In this document: positions 40,201-53,856 of the stretch, in pieces
How the letters are laid out: each line of letters begins with the position of its first letter
Position numbering within the stretch: position 1 is the stretch's first letter
IMG/VR virus record: IMGVR_UViG_3300021425_000024
Source: an uncultured virus (IMG/VR IMGVR_UViG_3300021425_000024)
Lineage: Duplodnaviria > Heunggongvirae > Uroviricota > Caudoviricetes
Reading direction: 5' to 3' (one strand)
Length of the DNA: 64,000 nucleotides
Translations under genes and position numbers: made by a program
The notes under the pieces: generated by a model
The model's database searches: none
Seen by the model: only the letters and a program-made list of their open reading frames with translations
What the model was told of the DNA's origin: nothing

Positions 40201-43200
40201 TATAACAGGCTTTGATGAAGGCGCTGATGCATTTGTAGGTGTAGATAATCCAGGCGGAACATTTGAGTTTGATAGAGCCCACAATTTTAAAAGAGGCGAT
40301 ATCATTGGATTAAAAAATACTTCAACACAGAACGACGGATTTTATACAGTAGAAGTTGTAAAGCCTACTAGTGTAAACGTTCTTGCTGGAGCAAATAACA
40401 GCATAGAAGATCTAAGTGATATCAACGGCTATGTAAGTATTTTACGATCAGTAAACTTTGACACTGTAAAAGATGCAAACGTTGTACTAGAAGATAAGAT
40501 AGTTGAAGACCAAAAAGTTTGGATCAACGGCTCAAGCAAAAACGACTGGGTTGTTGCTATACAAGAAAATGTATATGATGATAAGAAGCATTATAATAAT
40601 CCTAGCGATTATGATATTACATCTACATACGAATTTGGTTCTGCTATGTCATCAAACAAAGCAAATACTAGAATTGTGCTTGGAGATCATAGTGCAAATA
40701 GTTTGAATGGTAATGTGTACACTTATCAAAGAGGATCAAACCTTAGAGAATTACTTTATGAAGCAACACTTAATTTAGATACTGACACATATCCAGTAGC
40801 AGACGGACATCGCTTTGGAGCAGATATTGATATTAGTTCCGATGGCAAGTACCTTATTGTAGGGTCAAGCACAGCAAGTGATGTTGCTTCTAACTATCAA
40901 GGCGATTATAGTAAAACTATAGAATACACAGAAAATGAAATTGTCAAATACAATGAAAACTATTGGAAGGCTGTAAGAACAATTACTCCTGAAAGTGCAA
41001 GTATTGCATTTAGTACATTTGACAGTTATGCAAACTTTGAAAGATCCAGTGACAGTAGTTTACTAACACTTATACTACAAGGTAGTCCATACTTACCAAA
41101 CACACAAACAGATCATTTATTGATTGCAGCACCATTTGATCAGTATAGAGGTTCTAAGCCACAGGACAAATTAGTTCTTAACTGGAACAATTATACAAAC
41201 TTTAATAGAAATACAGGTAGTACAACTCCTGTAGAAGTATTCCCACAAGGTATTAATGCCCAAAATACAGCACCACAATATACGGAGCCAACATCAACAT
41301 TTATAGAAGGCGAGCATGTTATTGTAGAAAAAGTTGATGCTGTACTACTAATAGAGCCATTTACTGATCCTCCTGTAGAAGGAGATATTATCGATACAGT
41401 TGGCGGCTCAGCAACAGTATACAAAGCCTTCCAAAGAGACTTTAAACTTGTAATCTATACAAAAGATACAAATGGAGTATTTGGACCAACTGGAACTATT
41501 ACAAACAGCAACGGAACATTAATTGGTGAGTATACACAACCAAACTATAATGGCACAACTGGAGCAGCTGGCGGCTGGTGGTATATTAATACAGGTACAA
41601 ATTATCTAACATCAGATGAATTTACAGAAGCAAAAGATTTTGGTGTACCGGGTTATGGACTAGTATATCAAGACGTACTAGTGTATGATGAAAATACTCA
41701 AACATATGCAAGGACTATACCAAACTTTTATGCAAATGGTTTAGATGATGTTCAAAACACTATATTCCCAACTAGAGATGAACCAGTGTTTGTTAGTGTT
41801 CTTTCACACAGAGGTGCAGCATATATAAATGTTGACAACGATGGTGTACAAAACATTTTAGACAACAGATGGTTAATGAGAGTTCCGTCAAATCTAAATG
41901 GAGAAATTACACAAGCAGGAGATCAATTTAGAGCATATATTAATGACCAAGCTGATGCACCAGACTTTACTTTACTAGGTATTGATCCTAGTTATATTAA
42001 CGACAACTTACACACTGTTGTAGATATGTGGGAAGGTTATATTGACTTTACATTTACTAAAACACAGGGTGCTGATGTTGATATGTTATCAGACCAAGAC
42101 ATTGATACCGGTGACTTCTTTGAGCCTGCTTATGAAGGAAAAGTATTTTCAGACTTAGGTGGAAATATTGTAAATCCGGGCGGCGCCGCAGGCGACTTTA
42201 TTAGAGATGAAATTACCGGTGCAAGAGGCCGTGTTGCATATTATATAAGACGTGCAACGGACCAGGGTAGAGTATACCTTAAAGATGTTACAGGAACATT
42301 TACTCAAGGCAACAGATTATTACTTGAAACACTTGAAGGACCTTCACAGTTACCAAACCAACGTATTATGGGTCCAATTAATAAAATTTCTGTAACAGGA
42401 AGCAATACAGGTAAAATTGCTGTTATGCAAAGAGGAACTAATTTTCCTGCACACCCTGAATCATACGGCGGATTAGATCAGTTTAGAGATTTAAATACAT
42501 TTGCACACGTTAATAAAGAGTTTTGGGTTTACAAAGAAAATTTAACAGAAGCTGGCGCAGAAGCAGAAGCAAGTATACCTAGCACAGCAAACAGTGATTG
42601 GCAACTTGTTTACAATTTACCTGTAGACACAAGCGGGTCACAAGTAAGTAAGCCAGCTAACCAAGGTGTATACAGTATCTTTAATAGAGTAGGAAGCACA
42701 TGGACCAACAGAGGAACATGGACTATTCCTGGAAGTACTACAAACAGTAATGTTGGTAAACAAGTTGCTGTAACACAAGACGGTGACTTGTATAGATTTT
42801 ATGTAGGTTCAAAAGAAAACTTAACAGTTATCAAACATGGTACTGACAAGTACGGTAAAAATTACAATTATGCCTTAGACATCAATCCTCATTATAGAGG
42901 ACCGTATACAGCAGATGTTGCATACAAAACAGATGAAATAGTTTTATATAACAATCAGTTATATTCAGCACTTACATTTGTTAAAGGTGTGATACCTACT
43001 GACACACTTAAATGGAGAACGTTAGACAGCACAGTTAACTATCTTCCATCACTACCGAATGATGTAAACATTTACAATGATCCAGTGTTTAACGATTTAG
43101 GTGAAGGTGTATTAGACTTTACAAAAGAAATATCTCTAAGTGAAAATGGTCAAGTTCTTGCAATAAGTGTTATTACTGACACAAGCATTGATCCTGATAA

Positions 43201-46200
43201 CAAAGTACTTGTTTATAGAATTTTAGACGATCGATATGTTTTTGATCAAACTATTGTTGCACCTGTATCAAACACAGGTTGGGGAAGTAGTATAAGTTTA
43301 AGCGAGGACGGTGATACTTTAGTAATTGCTGATCCTGAAAGTGATGTACAAGGTTACAACACCGGCAAAGTTTTTGTGTATGCAAAAGTAAATGGTGCTT
43401 TTGAATTACATCAAACATTGTCCGGCACTGGCACACTTAGTGAAAAGTTTGGCACCAAAGTTAGTATTTCAAAAGATATAATTGCTGTAACAAGTGGCAA
43501 TGGCGATATTATTACTGAAACAACGTTTGACAACGGTACAACATCATTTGACGATACATTTACAACATATCCTGACAAAAGAATAGACAGTGGTAGTGTT
43601 AGACTTTATCAGAAAATAAAAGATGCATTTATACTTGCAGAAGAATTAGACTATGACGGCGACAACAATGTACTATTTGCAAGTAGATTTGGTGAACAAG
43701 TTTTAATTAACGATAATCACGTTTATGTAGGTGTTCCAGCAGATCCAAACACATATTATGATGAAGATATTAATCCAGGTAGTTTTGTAGATTATCAAGT
43801 TACACAAAACAAAAAACCATGGACACTATTAAGAACACCAAACGAAGTTGTTGATATACAAAAAATTAAATCAACATTTTTATATAATGTAAAAACAAAT
43901 CAATTATCTACATATTTAGATTACATTGATCCTGTACAAGGCAAGATTGCAGGACCAGCAGAACAAGAGTTAACATTTAAATCTAACATAGATTTTGCAC
44001 GTTACAATGTTACAACATTACCTGACTACTTTAGTGAAACTACTAATTGGGAAGAACAACATGTTGGCAAACTATGGTGGGATTTATCTACAGCAAAGTT
44101 CTTTAATGTATATCAAGAAGATATTACTAACCAAGCAAACAACTGGAGCAAGTTAATACCTAATTACTCAGTTGATGTTTACGAATGGGTAGAAAGTGAT
44201 ATTATACCGTCAGACTGGGATGCTCAAGCAGAAACAGCCGCAGGCTTTGCAAAAGGTATAAGTGGATTTTCTAAATATGGTAATGATGCGTACAGTCAAA
44301 AATTAGTTTACAATCCTGTATCACAAACATTTAGTGACAAGTATTATTTCTGGGTTAAAAATAAATTAACAGTTCCAGTGATGGAATCAAGAAAAATTAG
44401 TGCATCTGAAGTTGCAAAATTAATTGCTGATCCAAGAGGACAAGGTTATAGTTTTGTAGCATTATTAAGTAATGATAGGTTTGTTCTTTACAACTGCGAA
44501 AGTTTAATTAAAGATGAAGATATTGCTTTACATGTAAGTTACTATACACAAGATACACAAGAACAAAATAGACATTTTGAATATAATATCTTAACAGAAG
44601 GACTAGAAACAAGTATACCTAAAGCAGATATAGAAAGAAAATGGATTGACAGTTTACTTGGTTACGATTCAAGAGGTCGCGTTGTTCCAGATCCTGAGTT
44701 AAGCACTAAAGACAAATATGGTACATTAAACAGTCCAAGACAAAGTTGGTTTGTTAACAGACAAGAAGCATTTAAACAAGTTGTTGAAAGAGCAAACTTA
44801 GCTCTTAAAGAAACTATTATTGTAGATGACTTTAGTTTCACTACACTCAACAGTGCTGATGCCCAACCGTTTGTTACAGACAGATTATACGATTATAAAG
44901 TTGATACATTGGATGAATTAGATTTTATTGGTATTAACAAAGTTAAAACAGCAAAACTACAAGCATCAGTACATGGTGGTGTAGTAACTGATATTAGAAT
45001 TATTGATACTGGTAGAGGATATAATGATCCTACATATGATAATACTACAAGTGTTGTAAGACACGGACCAAGTTTTAAATTGTTTGGTAACGGTAGCGGA
45101 TTAGACTTTAATTTAGAGATTAATAACCTAGGACAAATTAGTAAAGTAAACATTATTAACGGTGGTTCTGGATATGATGAAAATTTAATAATTGAGGTAA
45201 GACCACTTACAGTATTAGTTGAAAACGATAGCACAGTTAATAACAAATGGGCCATTTACGAATGGAATAAATCATCAAATCTTTGGGATAGAGTAAAGTC
45301 ACAAAGTTACGATACAAAAGAATATTGGGATTATGTAGACTGGTATGCAACAGGATACACACAATTTACAAGAATTGATCATAGAGTCAACGAAAGTTAT
45401 CAACTAGCATCTGCAAATGCTAAGATTGGTCAAATTGTTAAAATTGATAACATAGGTAATGGCGGTTGGTTGTTACTAAAACGTGTTGCAGACACTAACT
45501 CTTCAGATTACACAATTGACTATGAAACTATTGGTAGACAAAACGGCACTATAGAAATTAGTAGCAAACTTTATAACGTAATAGAAAATACAGTTGGTTA
45601 CGACTTGCTTGGGTATGACAATAGATTTTTTGATACTGAACCAGTAGTTGAAGGTAGACAGATATTAACAGCACTAAAAAACGATATATTTGTAGACAAC
45701 CTAGCAATTAAATGGCAAGAATTATTCTTTGCAAGTATTAGATACGTATTGTCAGAACAACAAAATGTTGACTGGGTATATAAAACAAGTTTTGTAAAAG
45801 CAAAACATAATGTAGGCGATCTAGAACAAAAAATAAATTATCAAAATGATAATTTAAGTAGTTATAATGATTACATTAATGAAGTTAAACCTTACAAAAC
45901 AAATATACGTGAATATATAAGTTCTTATGAAAATGTAGATAATACTAATACACAAACTAGTGACTTTGATGTTCCTCCGTATTATGACTTTACACAAAAC
46001 GGAATAAAAACTAAATCCGTAAAAATTAGAGATAACGACTTAATTGGCGTCGATGCATTTTTTGATGAATATCCATATCAGTCATGGAAAGAAAATTATG
46101 GGTACAAAGTTACAGCAATTAATATTTATGATGGTGGAAGCAAATATACCTATCCACCAACTGTAACTATTGTAGGTGGAGGCGGCACCGGCGCAACGGC

Positions 46201-49200
46201 TAGAGCATACATTGGTGCAGGCAAAGTAATTAAAATTGAAGTAACAAATAGCGGATCAGGTTACACTAGTGCGCCAACTGTTACACTGAGCGGATCACAA
46301 GCAGACGGTTCTACAACAGCAATAGCATCTGCACAAATTGGTGACGGTGTTGTTAGAAGTTTACATGTTGGTATTAAGTTTGATAGAGTGTCTGGTCAAT
46401 ACTTTATTACAACACTACCTGAAACAGAAACATTTACAGGTACAGCAATAAATGATAAGTTTGATTTAAAATGGCCAATTAATTTAAAACGTAATAAAAT
46501 AAAAGTTACAATTAATGGTACATTATTATTGCGTAGTGAATATACGTTTACTAATGTAGACGATAAAACATATACATATGATAGACAAAAAGGTCAAATA
46601 ACATTTAGTAAAACTCCTGAATTAGGAGATGTTATTTTAGTTGAATACGAAAAAGATCCTGCAATATTAAATGCACAAGATAGAATTAATCATTTATATA
46701 ATCCTACAACAGGAATGCTTGGTAAAGACTTAGCACAATTAATGGTTGGTATTGATTACGGTGGCGTTGAAGTTAAGAGTTTTGGCTTTGAAGGAACAGC
46801 AGGATGGATGACCGACGAATACGGAACAGATACTTGGGACAGTTACGATAATACATTTGAAGATGAAATTTTCTTTGCAGATGGAACTACTGTTGCTATC
46901 GAGCTTGCTAAACCTTTAGAAGATGGCGTTGAATATAATGTTTACTTAAAACGCTTTGGACAAACAAAAGCAATTAGAATAGACGATCCTAGTTACAATT
47001 CTATTCCTACTAATCCTTTAGCAATGATGCAGACACTTGTAGGCGACGGTGTAACACAAACAATTAATTTAGCTGAAAATGATATTCAAGTCAATGATGG
47101 TGACATTGTTACTATTAGAAAAACAACTTCAGATGGAAGTTTCAAACCAGACGGTGACAGTTACGATACTATACTCGAAGGCGGCGTATTAGACTACGGC
47201 AATGCTGGCGGTATTAATGCTGATGATATTGTATTAGATGGTGATTTGTTTGTTACTCCATTAACATCAGGAGGCCCAGAAGAATTAGTAAATGGCCAAG
47301 TGATGGACTCTGTGAATATTACAGTTTATGAAAGAAACGGTGAAGGCCAAGGTCAGGTATACAATCAAAATTATTTAACTGACGGTACAACTACAATTTA
47401 CCCATTAGGACTAGCACCGCATAGTGATGACGCTGTAATTGTTAAACTAGGTAATACTATAGTTGATAAAGCTCAGTATTCATTAGACTACACAGCTCTT
47501 ACAATAACATTTAATAATGCACCTGCAGAGGATCAAGTATTAACAATTCTTACAGTTGGAATAAACGGACAAAATATTATTGACCTTGGTGTATTGTTTA
47601 CTGTAGAAGGACAAAGTTCGTATGTAACAAATATTTTATGGGATGACAGGTATGCTGTTTACCTTAGAAAAAATGGACAGGAGCCAGATGGCCCTGAACT
47701 AATTGCTAAAAAGAGTGATACAGGGTTTATTGAATTTGTGTTTAGTCCAGTAGCACCGCCTGTTGGCACAAGATTAGATTATGAAATTTATTCTGATAAC
47801 ACACTTATCAATTATAGTAAAATACAAAAAGATAATATTATTGCTGACGGATCAAGTGTAACATATAATTTGTCAACTAATGCAATATATGAAACACCTG
47901 CAGAGTTCTTTAGCATTGTAGAAGTCAATGGTGCTATTAAAAAGCCAGGCTACTCAAAAGTATTCCATATTACTGACGCAACGATAAGAGAATACACTTT
48001 AGAAACATTCCAAGTACAAGAAGCAACGTTGAGTGCCGCTGATACAGAAGTTTACTTAAACGGTAAACTGTTAAACCAGCAGGGTAGTTATACAGTCAAC
48101 ATTGGTCAAAGTAGTATTACAGTAGCAAGTAATCTTTTGTCAGAAGGTGATGTATTAACTGTTTACTTTAGAAACGGTGATTATCGTGTAGTTGGAAATC
48201 AAATTACATTTACTAATTTACTAGCAGAAGGTGATATTATAAACGCTTATACATTTAGTAATCACGATGTATTAGATATAAACCGTATAAGTTATGACGT
48301 AATTAACAGAAGTTCACTAACACCTGGAACAGATAATTATTCAGCATACCATCAATTAACTGGCGGTAGAGTGTTGTTGAATCAGCCAGCCAGCGGTGTT
48401 GAATATGTTTGGATATTTAAAAATGGTTCTATGTTGTCGCCAAGTATGGATTACAAGTTACAAGACAACATGAGAATTATTGAACTTGCTAACGAGCCTA
48501 GCGAAAATGATACAATAGATATTATACACTTTACAGCACCAATTAGCACACCAACTATTGCATGGCAACAGTTTAAAGATATTCTTAACAGAACACACTA
48601 CAAACGTGTTGACAACAACGATGGTGTAAAACTAGCACAAGACTTACAATATAATGATTTAAGAATTGTTGTAGTTGAGGGAGCAGACAGATTACCGACT
48701 CCAGATAAACGTGCTAACAAACCAGGCATTATTTGGATTAACGGTGAACGTATTGAGTTTTTTGCCAAAACAGGTAATGATCTAAGACAATTACGTAGAG
48801 GCACATTAGGCACAGGTATTGCAACAACACATAAAACAGGATCTAGAGTATACAGCGCCGGAGTAGAGAAAAATATTCCATATGCTGATCAAAATATAAT
48901 TTGGTCACCAGTTGATGCTGTAACTGAAGGACAAACTGAATTTACACTTGACTTTACACCTAACAGTGTAAATGAATTCGAAGTGTTTGCTGCAGGAAAG
49001 AGGTTAAATAAGGCTGCTATAGCAACATTTGATCCCGCACTTGCTATTGACTCACCTGAAGGTGATGTAAATACACCAGCAGAGTTCACTGTAAATGGCA
49101 ATACATTAACACTAACAAGTCCAATGAAAGCAAATCAAAAGTTAGTTGTTATTAGAAAAGTAGGTAAATTGTGGACAGATCCGGGCACTCCATTAAAAGA

Positions 49201-49258
49201 TGCTCAAAACGATATTGGTAGTTTCTTACGTGGAGCAAGAAGTGAATTACCCGAATAA
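34232..49258 (+). CDS. Giant (5008 aa) multidomain baseplate/virion structural protein (gp7-like position)
   Basis: Uninterrupted ORF after gp6. Contains FG-GAP-like propeller repeats, short W/Y-rich carbohydrate-binding-like repeats and [10 protein letters not shown] repeats. Confidence 0.75.
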   Translation: MSYDNDQTDAPLPAGGKGDRKSVDLLPKYFRTQANKKILSSTIDQLVQPGTAEKINGYMGRKNAKAFKAGDTYIADVTQQRQDRQLEPATVSVDDLGNVNFFADYADYVNQVGNFSGNNKNQSRLNSQEYYAWNPNIDWDKFTNFREYYWLPNGPQTVSVFGKSLEEVSTYTVTTEDQGDNVVYKFSPPGFEPNPALTLYRGQTYTFEIDTPGHPFSFSTDRRFADAPFTLEKQDDGSYKVISGSAENVSSLYVQGLTATDLEGNEIDPVNVEKGRITFTVPFEAPEQLYYTSRSDINTSGYVKVFDIIENTQIDVNEIIGKKTYTSSNKVQFTNGLKVKFAGRVTPEKYASDEWYVEGVGSSIKLVREQDLVIPANYVGDKLVPFDSEGFDRLPFGNASAFAGTKDYIVINRSSVDRNAWTRYNKWFHKDVIEKSAEYNNEIASIDQSGRASRPIIEFNAGLKLFNYGTQAKDDVDLIDYKTTDAFSTVEGGTGYSIDNVNLADGMRVIFNADTDRTVRGKIYKVKFILIDNIRQISLVEDTDATAQVNETVLIKSGDTYKGRLFYFDGTNWNESQRKIKVNQQPLFDVFDENDDSFGTYNASTFAGTELFAYTQGTGTNDAELGFPLSYRAIENFGDIQFNFPLVTDSFLYEENNSNIEVKIETGYVRKYTDLTSYVSENGWIKANKPSSQAIVRQYVVDTTLNDFAVDVFDRSGDLNDLIVKVYVNNSFKKESTHYDINRINGVAYITFKTNLKTDDVVLLRCFSKSTKTDKGYYELAYNLERNPMNENIGNFTIGEVTDHVSTIIENTFDYDGNKFPGVSNLRDIGNLSQFGTRFIKHTGPIALASYHLTDKNANIVKALKYARLEYAKYKRLFLQVADSLGYDGPTKEHVDNIIAEINSQKTDGMPFYFSDMIPHGASKRTLHIVRASDSIFYPLATKFDLSTLSERAVLVYLNDKALCHGTDYTFTAEGFVQISATLAVDDEIEIYEYDTTDGCFVPTTPTKLGLYPAYKPELYLDTTQETPRNVIQGHDGSIIFAYGDYRDDLILDFERRIYNNLKQAYNTDVFDIHEFVGGNFRDTGFERQDINSAMVSDFVQWSIIAGDPNYTENDFWKDTQTFRYNYKNMSSPTGKPLPGFWRGVYKDAYDTDRPHTHPWEMLGFTIKPSWWEAEYGPAPYTRNNFVLWEDIEKGLIKEPGKPAKVDNRYKRPGLTNHIPVDENGNLLSPLDSNYAQNFVAVRTRDSYTFGDHTPTESAWRRSSEYPFALITSWLLNQPAKVMGTGFDLSRMMRNKTGNLVYTPSNTIIRLKDLVFPNTYTDNQRIITSGLVNFVYNYIVSDINTSYNEYQAELKTLKNQLALKVGGFTDKSKFKLILDSRTPLNEGNVFVPEENYKLFLNTSTPVEIANYSGVVIQKNTNGYVIKGYDQATATFKYFEPIQASSDPVINIGGISESFVNWDSGKQYVKGQNVRFDNFYYRVNSSHVSGSSFDDTKMSKLAELPLVGGRSNVLRRKFTNRVNIMPYGTLLKTTQEVVDFLLGYEAYLKAQGFKFEYYNKDISVVEDWTFSVKEFMFWTTQNWAAGSVLTISPGAQQFKFNRQYMVVDNIFDNFYDYSLLKADGQKLERSFSSIARDTENDFGLSIKNTADGIYSVKLPLVQREHVILLDNKTVFGDVVYDQEAGYRQERIKVTGYRSDNWSGGLNIPGFIYDEAEVRDWQPYKDYGIGKLIKHKEFYYVALSNITGTEVFIDSQWERLENRPQAQLVPNFEYKINQFADFYDLDTDNFDLEQQKHAQHLIGYQKRKYLENIINDDVSQYKFYQGMLQDKGTKNSLVKLFDALASADKESLEFYEEWAIRVGQYGATENFEDVEFLIDEKKIKTNPQPIELVTNLPANDTDTIYKLTPADVYKRPQNYDHKPFPTVIDYKQFTKDAGFVFDSDVAYRINDKTDILTANINVIGAKDYVWVTGDSQPWDVLQHVTTNIRVTDITGFDEGADAFVGVDNPGGTFEFDRAHNFKRGDIIGLKNTSTQNDGFYTVEVVKPTSVNVLAGANNSIEDLSDINGYVSILRSVNFDTVKDANVVLEDKIVEDQKVWINGSSKNDWVVAIQENVYDDKKHYNNPSDYDITSTYEFGSAMSSNKANTRIVLGDHSANSLNGNVYTYQRGSNLRELLYEATLNLDTDTYPVADGHRFGADIDISSDGKYLIVGSSTASDVASNYQGDYSKTIEYTENEIVKYNENYWKAVRTITPESASIAFSTFDSYANFERSSDSSLLTLILQGSPYLPNTQTDHLLIAAPFDQYRGSKPQDKLVLNWNNYTNFNRNTGSTTPVEVFPQGINAQNTAPQYTEPTSTFIEGEHVIVEKVDAVLLIEPFTDPPVEGDIIDTVGGSATVYKAFQRDFKLVIYTKDTNGVFGPTGTITNSNGTLIGEYTQPNYNGTTGAAGGWWYINTGTNYLTSDEFTEAKDFGVPGYGLVYQDVLVYDENTQTYARTIPNFYANGLDDVQNTIFPTRDEPVFVSVLSHRGAAYINVDNDGVQNILDNRWLMRVPSNLNGEITQAGDQFRAYINDQADAPDFTLLGIDPSYINDNLHTVVDMWEGYIDFTFTKTQGADVDMLSDQDIDTGDFFEPAYEGKVFSDLGGNIVNPGGAAGDFIRDEITGARGRVAYYIRRATDQGRVYLKDVTGTFTQGNRLLLETLEGPSQLPNQRIMGPINKISVTGSNTGKIAVMQRGTNFPAHPESYGGLDQFRDLNTFAHVNKEFWVYKENLTEAGAEAEASIPSTANSDWQLVYNLPVDTSGSQVSKPANQGVYSIFNRVGSTWTNRGTWTIPGSTTNSNVGKQVAVTQDGDLYRFYVGSKENLTVIKHGTDKYGKNYNYALDINPHYRGPYTADVAYKTDEIVLYNNQLYSALTFVKGVIPTDTLKWRTLDSTVNYLPSLPNDVNIYNDPVFNDLGEGVLDFTKEISLSENGQVLAISVITDTSIDPDNKVLVYRILDDRYVFDQTIVAPVSNTGWGSSISLSEDGDTLVIADPESDVQGYNTGKVFVYAKVNGAFELHQTLSGTGTLSEKFGTKVSISKDIIAVTSGNGDIITETTFDNGTTSFDDTFTTYPDKRIDSGSVRLYQKIKDAFILAEELDYDGDNNVLFASRFGEQVLINDNHVYVGVPADPNTYYDEDINPGSFVDYQVTQNKKPWTLLRTPNEVVDIQKIKSTFLYNVKTNQLSTYLDYIDPVQGKIAGPAEQELTFKSNIDFARYNVTTLPDYFSETTNWEEQHVGKLWWDLSTAKFFNVYQEDITNQANNWSKLIPNYSVDVYEWVESDIIPSDWDAQAETAAGFAKGISGFSKYGNDAYSQKLVYNPVSQTFSDKYYFWVKNKLTVPVMESRKISASEVAKLIADPRGQGYSFVALLSNDRFVLYNCESLIKDEDIALHVSYYTQDTQEQNRHFEYNILTEGLETSIPKADIERKWIDSLLGYDSRGRVVPDPELSTKDKYGTLNSPRQSWFVNRQEAFKQVVERANLALKETIIVDDFSFTTLNSADAQPFVTDRLYDYKVDTLDELDFIGINKVKTAKLQASVHGGVVTDIRIIDTGRGYNDPTYDNTTSVVRHGPSFKLFGNGSGLDFNLEINNLGQISKVNIINGGSGYDENLIIEVRPLTVLVENDSTVNNKWAIYEWNKSSNLWDRVKSQSYDTKEYWDYVDWYATGYTQFTRIDHRVNESYQLASANAKIGQIVKIDNIGNGGWLLLKRVADTNSSDYTIDYETIGRQNGTIEISSKLYNVIENTVGYDLLGYDNRFFDTEPVVEGRQILTALKNDIFVDNLAIKWQELFFASIRYVLSEQQNVDWVYKTSFVKAKHNVGDLEQKINYQNDNLSSYNDYINEVKPYKTNIREYISSYENVDNTNTQTSDFDVPPYYDFTQNGIKTKSVKIRDNDLIGVDAFFDEYPYQSWKENYGYKVTAINIYDGGSKYTYPPTVTIVGGGGTGATARAYIGAGKVIKIEVTNSGSGYTSAPTVTLSGSQADGSTTAIASAQIGDGVVRSLHVGIKFDRVSGQYFITTLPETETFTGTAINDKFDLKWPINLKRNKIKVTINGTLLLRSEYTFTNVDDKTYTYDRQKGQITFSKTPELGDVILVEYEKDPAILNAQDRINHLYNPTTGMLGKDLAQLMVGIDYGGVEVKSFGFEGTAGWMTDEYGTDTWDSYDNTFEDEIFFADGTTVAIELAKPLEDGVEYNVYLKRFGQTKAIRIDDPSYNSIPTNPLAMMQTLVGDGVTQTINLAENDIQVNDGDIVTIRKTTSDGSFKPDGDSYDTILEGGVLDYGNAGGINADDIVLDGDLFVTPLTSGGPEELVNGQVMDSVNITVYERNGEGQGQVYNQNYLTDGTTTIYPLGLAPHSDDAVIVKLGNTIVDKAQYSLDYTALTITFNNAPAEDQVLTILTVGINGQNIIDLGVLFTVEGQSSYVTNILWDDRYAVYLRKNGQEPDGPELIAKKSDTGFIEFVFSPVAPPVGTRLDYEIYSDNTLINYSKIQKDNIIADGSSVTYNLSTNAIYETPAEFFSIVEVNGAIKKPGYSKVFHITDATIREYTLETFQVQEATLSAADTEVYLNGKLLNQQGSYTVNIGQSSITVASNLLSEGDVLTVYFRNGDYRVVGNQITFTNLLAEGDIINAYTFSNHDVLDINRISYDVINRSSLTPGTDNYSAYHQLTGGRVLLNQPASGVEYVWIFKNGSMLSPSMDYKLQDNMRIIELANEPSENDTIDIIHFTAPISTPTIAWQQFKDILNRTHYKRVDNNDGVKLAQDLQYNDLRIVVVEGADRLPTPDKRANKPGIIWINGERIEFFAKTGNDLRQLRRGTLGTGIATTHKTGSRVYSAGVEKNIPYADQNIIWSPVDAVTEGQTEFTLDFTPNSVNEFEVFAAGKRLNKAAIATFDPALAIDSPEGDVNTPAEFTVNGNTLTLTSPMKANQKLVVIRKVGKLWTDPGTPLKDAQNDIGSFLRGARSELPE

Positions 49259-49279
49259 ATATACTAGTAGGAATAGAAA

Positions 49280-49900
49280 ATGACAAACACAATTAATGAA
49301 CAAAACGGTGTATTTGTACAAGGGCATATTAAAATAAGTGACCCTAACAGCGGCGAAGTCTTTGTTAACAAAAAGAACGCCATACACTACGAAAATATGA
49401 GTATTGCTCTTGCAGAATCATTAGGAAATGCAGGACAAGGGCCTATTGCTGTAATGAGCTTTGGCAACGGTGGTACTAATGTAGATTCAACAGGAGTAAT
49501 AACATATCTTACTCCAAACTCAACAGGAACAAACGCAGGTTTGTACAATCAAACGTTTACAAAAATAGTTGATGATCGAAATACAGATAATTTAGATCCT
49601 ACTAGAAACAAGATTGAAACTAGGCACGTAAATGGTACAAACTATACTGATATTGTTATTACATGTTTACTAGATTATGGCGAACCAAATGGTCAAGATG
49701 CATTTGATACAGCATCTGATGCAGACAACAGTTTTGTATTTGATGAATTAGGATTGCGTAGTGCAAGTACAGATGGTGTTTTAGGTAATGGTAGATTACT
49801 TACACATGTCATTTTCCACCCTGTACAAAAATCATTAAACAGATTAATCCAAGTAGACTACACAGTTCGAGTACAAAGCCTTAGCGGAGGTAACAGCTAA
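49280..49900 (+). CDS. Baseplate/tail structural protein, hypothetical
   Basis: 206 aa, TAAATA (49256-49261) and SD upstream; FDELGL..LLTHVIF motif. Confidence 0.6.
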   Translation: MTNTINEQNGVFVQGHIKISDPNSGEVFVNKKNAIHYENMSIALAESLGNAGQGPIAVMSFGNGGTNVDSTGVITYLTPNSTGTNAGLYNQTFTKIVDDRNTDNLDPTRNKIETRHVNGTNYTDIVITCLLDYGEPNGQDAFDTASDADNSFVFDELGLRSASTDGVLGNGRLLTHVIFHPVQKSLNRLIQVDYTVRVQSLSGGNS

Positions 49901-51978
49901 TGGCATATCAAATCCAATTTACAGATTTTACAAATAAAGGATCTATCGTTGTAGAAGATAGAGAAATAAACAGCACTGACACTAGTTTATCTCTACCTGG
50001 CAGAAACAGCACAGCATACGGCGAAGCGATTGCAAGTAACTTCTTGCACATTTTAGAAAACTTTGCAAATAATAATCCACCTGCTAATCCTGTCGAAGGA
50101 CAAACATGGTACGATACAACTGTTGGTGTTGATGCACTTAAAGTATATGACGGAACAAATTGGGTTGAATCAGGCGGTATTAAAAAAGGCGCAGCACAAC
50201 CTGAAGTTGGAAACAGCGTCATTGGTGATCTTTGGGTAGATACTAGTAATCAGCAATTATATTTAAATAACGGTTCAAGTTGGATACTTGTTGGTCCAGA
50301 ATTTAGTGAAGGTTTATCTTCAGGCACAAAAGCAGAACAAATTCAAGGTACAGATGATAAAACTTACACAATTTTAAAAGTTGAAGTAGGTGCTCAACCT
50401 GTAGCAATTATAACGAATGCACAATTTACACCCAAAGTAAATATTAGAGGCTTTTCAGTCCTTAAACCAGGATTTAATTTAACTAGTTTGACACTGTCAA
50501 ATACTACTGCTAGATATAATGGTGTAGCAGAATCTGCAGATGCACTTAGAATAGGAAATAATAATATTCCTTCTAGCAACTTTTTACGTGCTGATGTAAA
50601 CACAACAGCAAATGGTATACTTTATGTTAAGAACAACCAAGGTGTGCAAGTAGGAGCAAATTCACAACTAGCATTAGAATCATCAGGCGAAAGCGGTGTT
50701 GTAAAAAGTAACTTCAACGGTGCTAGTTTAGACTTTAAAGTTAAAAATGATCAAGGCGAACAAACAGCAATTAGAATTAAGTCTGATACTAATGTTGGTA
50801 TAAATCAAGAAAATCCGCAAGTTCCATTAGATGTAACAGGTAGTGGACGTTTTACAGGAAACTTAGACGTAACTGGTGTTGAAGATGCAGATGATAGTTT
50901 TAACGATACACTAACTGAAGGTGCTATTGTAACATCAGGCGGCGCAAGTGTTGCAAAAAATCTTAAAATTGGTGCAAAACTAACTGTAAAAGGTCAAACA
51001 AATATAGGCGGCGATGTTATTGCTGATCCAGATGCATTAACAAAACCTAATATGGAAGGATTTGGTACTGTAAAAGCAGACACATTTGAAGGCTTCTTTA
51101 ACGGAAGTGTATCAGGTACTATTAATGGTACAGCATCAAGTGCTGCAAAACTTAATAACAAAACTGTATTTGAAATGACAGGTGATGTAAGTTCAGATCC
51201 TATAACATTTGATGGCGCAGGCGACCTTACAAAAACATTTACAACTACACTTAGTGATAGATTTATATCAGATAAAAGTGTTGTTGTTACTCCTCAAACA
51301 GGAGATGAATTATTAATTAACAGAACACAAGGCGACGGCGGCCTATTTAGAATATCACAATCAAACTTGCTAAAAGGCGTTCCAAAAAATCCAGTAGGAA
51401 TGATTGTACCGTTCGCAGGCGAAGTTGCACCTGCGGGTTGGTACTTGTGTGACGGTAAAGAACTTAGACAAACAGAAGCAACAGAATTGTTCAATGTAAT
51501 TGGATTTAAATTTAAAGATCCGTTATCAATGTCAAATTCACCAGCAACATTTTTTAGTTTACCAGATTTTAGAGGTAGATTCTTATTAGGTGCTGATAAC
51601 ATGGGCGGCTTACCTGCAGATACTGTAACTAATACAAATGCAGATAACATAGGTGGTTCATCAGGTTCAGAATTTAAAGATATTAAAATAGAAAACTTAC
51701 CAGAACACGAACACGACATGAAGTCACCAGGTGGTACACAGCATTATGCAATTATTGATGATACTGTAGCACCAGATGAGCAAGGAAGTATAAACCAACC
51801 GTTGAATATTTCCCAAGGCACACAAACAACTAGTGGTATTCCATCAAGTGGTGGAATTAAAGAAGGCGGAACAGACGGGCAAGGCTCATTTAGAGGTGCA
51901 GAAAATTTAGGTACAGCACTTGACGGGCTACCACCGTTTGTTACAGTAAACTACATAATATTTGCCGATAATGTTTAG
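49900..51978 (+). CDS. Tail fibre protein with tail-collar domain
   Basis: PVGMIVPFAGEVAPAGWYLCDG..LFNVIG..FSLPDFRGRF collar motif; PPFVTVNYII C-terminus. Confidence 0.85.
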   Translation: MAYQIQFTDFTNKGSIVVEDREINSTDTSLSLPGRNSTAYGEAIASNFLHILENFANNNPPANPVEGQTWYDTTVGVDALKVYDGTNWVESGGIKKGAAQPEVGNSVIGDLWVDTSNQQLYLNNGSSWILVGPEFSEGLSSGTKAEQIQGTDDKTYTILKVEVGAQPVAIITNAQFTPKVNIRGFSVLKPGFNLTSLTLSNTTARYNGVAESADALRIGNNNIPSSNFLRADVNTTANGILYVKNNQGVQVGANSQLALESSGESGVVKSNFNGASLDFKVKNDQGEQTAIRIKSDTNVGINQENPQVPLDVTGSGRFTGNLDVTGVEDADDSFNDTLTEGAIVTSGGASVAKNLKIGAKLTVKGQTNIGGDVIADPDALTKPNMEGFGTVKADTFEGFFNGSVSGTINGTASSAAKLNNKTVFEMTGDVSSDPITFDGAGDLTKTFTTTLSDRFISDKSVVVTPQTGDELLINRTQGDGGLFRISQSNLLKGVPKNPVGMIVPFAGEVAPAGWYLCDGKELRQTEATELFNVIGFKFKDPLSMSNSPATFFSLPDFRGRFLLGADNMGGLPADTVTNTNADNIGGSSGSEFKDIKIENLPEHEHDMKSPGGTQHYAIIDDTVAPDEQGSINQPLNISQGTQTTSGIPSSGGIKEGGTDGQGSFRGAENLGTALDGLPPFVTVNYIIFADNV

Positions 51979-51986
51979 GAAACAAT

Positions 51987-53813
51987 ATGAGTTATAATTT
52001 AAACAAAACAGATGGAACACTACTTACAGAACTTGTAGATGGTATATTAGATAACAACACTACTGACATAAGTCTAGTAGGTAGAAACTATTCTGGATAC
52101 GGCGAATTTATAAATGAAAACTTTATAAAAATGTTAGAAAATTTTGCTAACCCAAATAGTCCTGTAGCACCACTTAAAGGACAACTTTGGTATGATACAA
52201 GTGAAAACAAACTAAAAGTATTTGACGGCACAAGTTTTCAATCAGCAGCTGGTAGTTTTATTAGTGAAACTTTCCCTTCAGGACCTATACCAGGCGACAC
52301 ATGGTTTAGTACAGCTGAAAAACAATTTTACTTGTATGACGGCGAAGTATGGACATTGATTGGTCCAGCATTTAGTAGACTTCAAGGCAAAAGTGGTGTT
52401 ATTACAGATACAATTTTTGATACAGATCTTAATTCAAAAACAGTACTAAAAGTTTTTGTAAATGAAATATTGCAGGCTGTGATAGCAGGTGAAACATTTA
52501 CACCAAACCCAATACCTAACAATTTAGTATCAGGATTAGTTACATCAGAAAATGCCACAGGCACTATTTTTAAAGGTATAAACCTAATAGACAAAGTAAA
52601 CTTTACATACAGAGGCGTTGCTGAATCTGCACAAAACTTAATTAGTGCAACAGGCGTAGAAGTTAAAGAATCTGAAATAATGAAAAATAATGCTGATCAG
52701 GTTCTACAAGGAAGATTAGATGTTAGGGTAAGTTCAGGTATATCAATTGGTACAAACGACGATACTAGATTGTTTATGGATAACGGTTTCACCATTCGAA
52801 ACACAAGAGCAGGCGACGATTTTAATATTCTTGTACGTGGTGCAAATGATGTACTTGACCAAACAAGTGCGTTAGTAATTAAACCTACAACAAAACGTAT
52901 AGGATTATTTAATGCAAATCCTGCTTACAATTTAGATGTCACAGGCGATGTACGTATTACTGGTGATTTAACAGTAGAAGGCGATAGTTTTGTAACTGAA
53001 GCAGAAACATTACAAATAGCAGATAAAAATATTGAATTGGCTGTAGTTGATAACCCAACTAACTTAACATGTGATCAAGGTGGCATTACATTAAAAGGCT
53101 CTACTGATAAAACATTCCAGTGGTTAAATTTATCAAGTTCATGGACAAGTAGTGAACACTTAGATCTAGCATCAGGAAAAAGTTATAAAGTAAATAATGC
53201 TGATGTACTATCAGCAACTACAATTGGCTCAGGAGTAATTAACAGTAGCCTAAGAAATCTTGGTGTACTTGAAACACTAAACATTGGTACAGGTGGCACA
53301 GCAAGTGTAAACATATCTAATGCAGGTGTAATTACAAGACCAGGTGCAGGCTCAGGCTTGTCAATTAACGTCGGCGGTGACGTTGATTTAAACAGTAACA
53401 AAATTACAAATTTATTAGGACCAACAGCAGATGGCGACGGCGCTAATAAAGTATATGTTGATCAAACTGTACAAACAGAACCATTGGTGATGTCACTAGA
53501 TATTACAGGCATGGTAAGTATCAACGATGAAATTATTGCAATATTACAAAGTTTGTACCCTGCAACAACGTTTGCTAATGGCAAGGAAGCAAGAATTGCT
53601 ACAACGTCTTATGCAGGACAATCAACAGACCCAATTGATATTGCAACACCTACTACAACAACTGAAGTTGATGTTAATGCAGCCGCAGGCGGTGTAGTAA
53701 GTGTAATACAGGGCATAAGTTTACCTAACTCTTTAACTCCGACGTTTACGTTAAGCGTTACAAGAGGGCAAAGAAACTTTATAATTACTAATGGAGCGTG
53801 GGTTGCAAATTAG
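51987..53813 (+). CDS. Tail fibre/baseplate protein, paralogue of 49900..51978 at the N-terminus
   Basis: Shared GRNY.GYGE..NF..LENFA..P..GQLWYD module. Confidence 0.75.
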   Translation: MSYNLNKTDGTLLTELVDGILDNNTTDISLVGRNYSGYGEFINENFIKMLENFANPNSPVAPLKGQLWYDTSENKLKVFDGTSFQSAAGSFISETFPSGPIPGDTWFSTAEKQFYLYDGEVWTLIGPAFSRLQGKSGVITDTIFDTDLNSKTVLKVFVNEILQAVIAGETFTPNPIPNNLVSGLVTSENATGTIFKGINLIDKVNFTYRGVAESAQNLISATGVEVKESEIMKNNADQVLQGRLDVRVSSGISIGTNDDTRLFMDNGFTIRNTRAGDDFNILVRGANDVLDQTSALVIKPTTKRIGLFNANPAYNLDVTGDVRITGDLTVEGDSFVTEAETLQIADKNIELAVVDNPTNLTCDQGGITLKGSTDKTFQWLNLSSSWTSSEHLDLASGKSYKVNNADVLSATTIGSGVINSSLRNLGVLETLNIGTGGTASVNISNAGVITRPGAGSGLSINVGGDVDLNSNKITNLLGPTADGDGANKVYVDQTVQTEPLVMSLDITGMVSINDEIIAILQSLYPATTFANGKEARIATTSYAGQSTDPIDIATPTTTTEVDVNAAAGGVVSVIQGISLPNSLTPTFTLSVTRGQRNFIITNGAWVAN

Positions 53814-53821
53814 TATAAATA
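53814..53821 (+). promoter_or_regulatory. Late promoter TATAAATA
   Basis: Exact T4 late consensus upstream of 53857. Confidence 0.7.
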
Positions 53822-53856
53822 CAACGTGTAAACACAGGATTATATAGGACAAAAAA

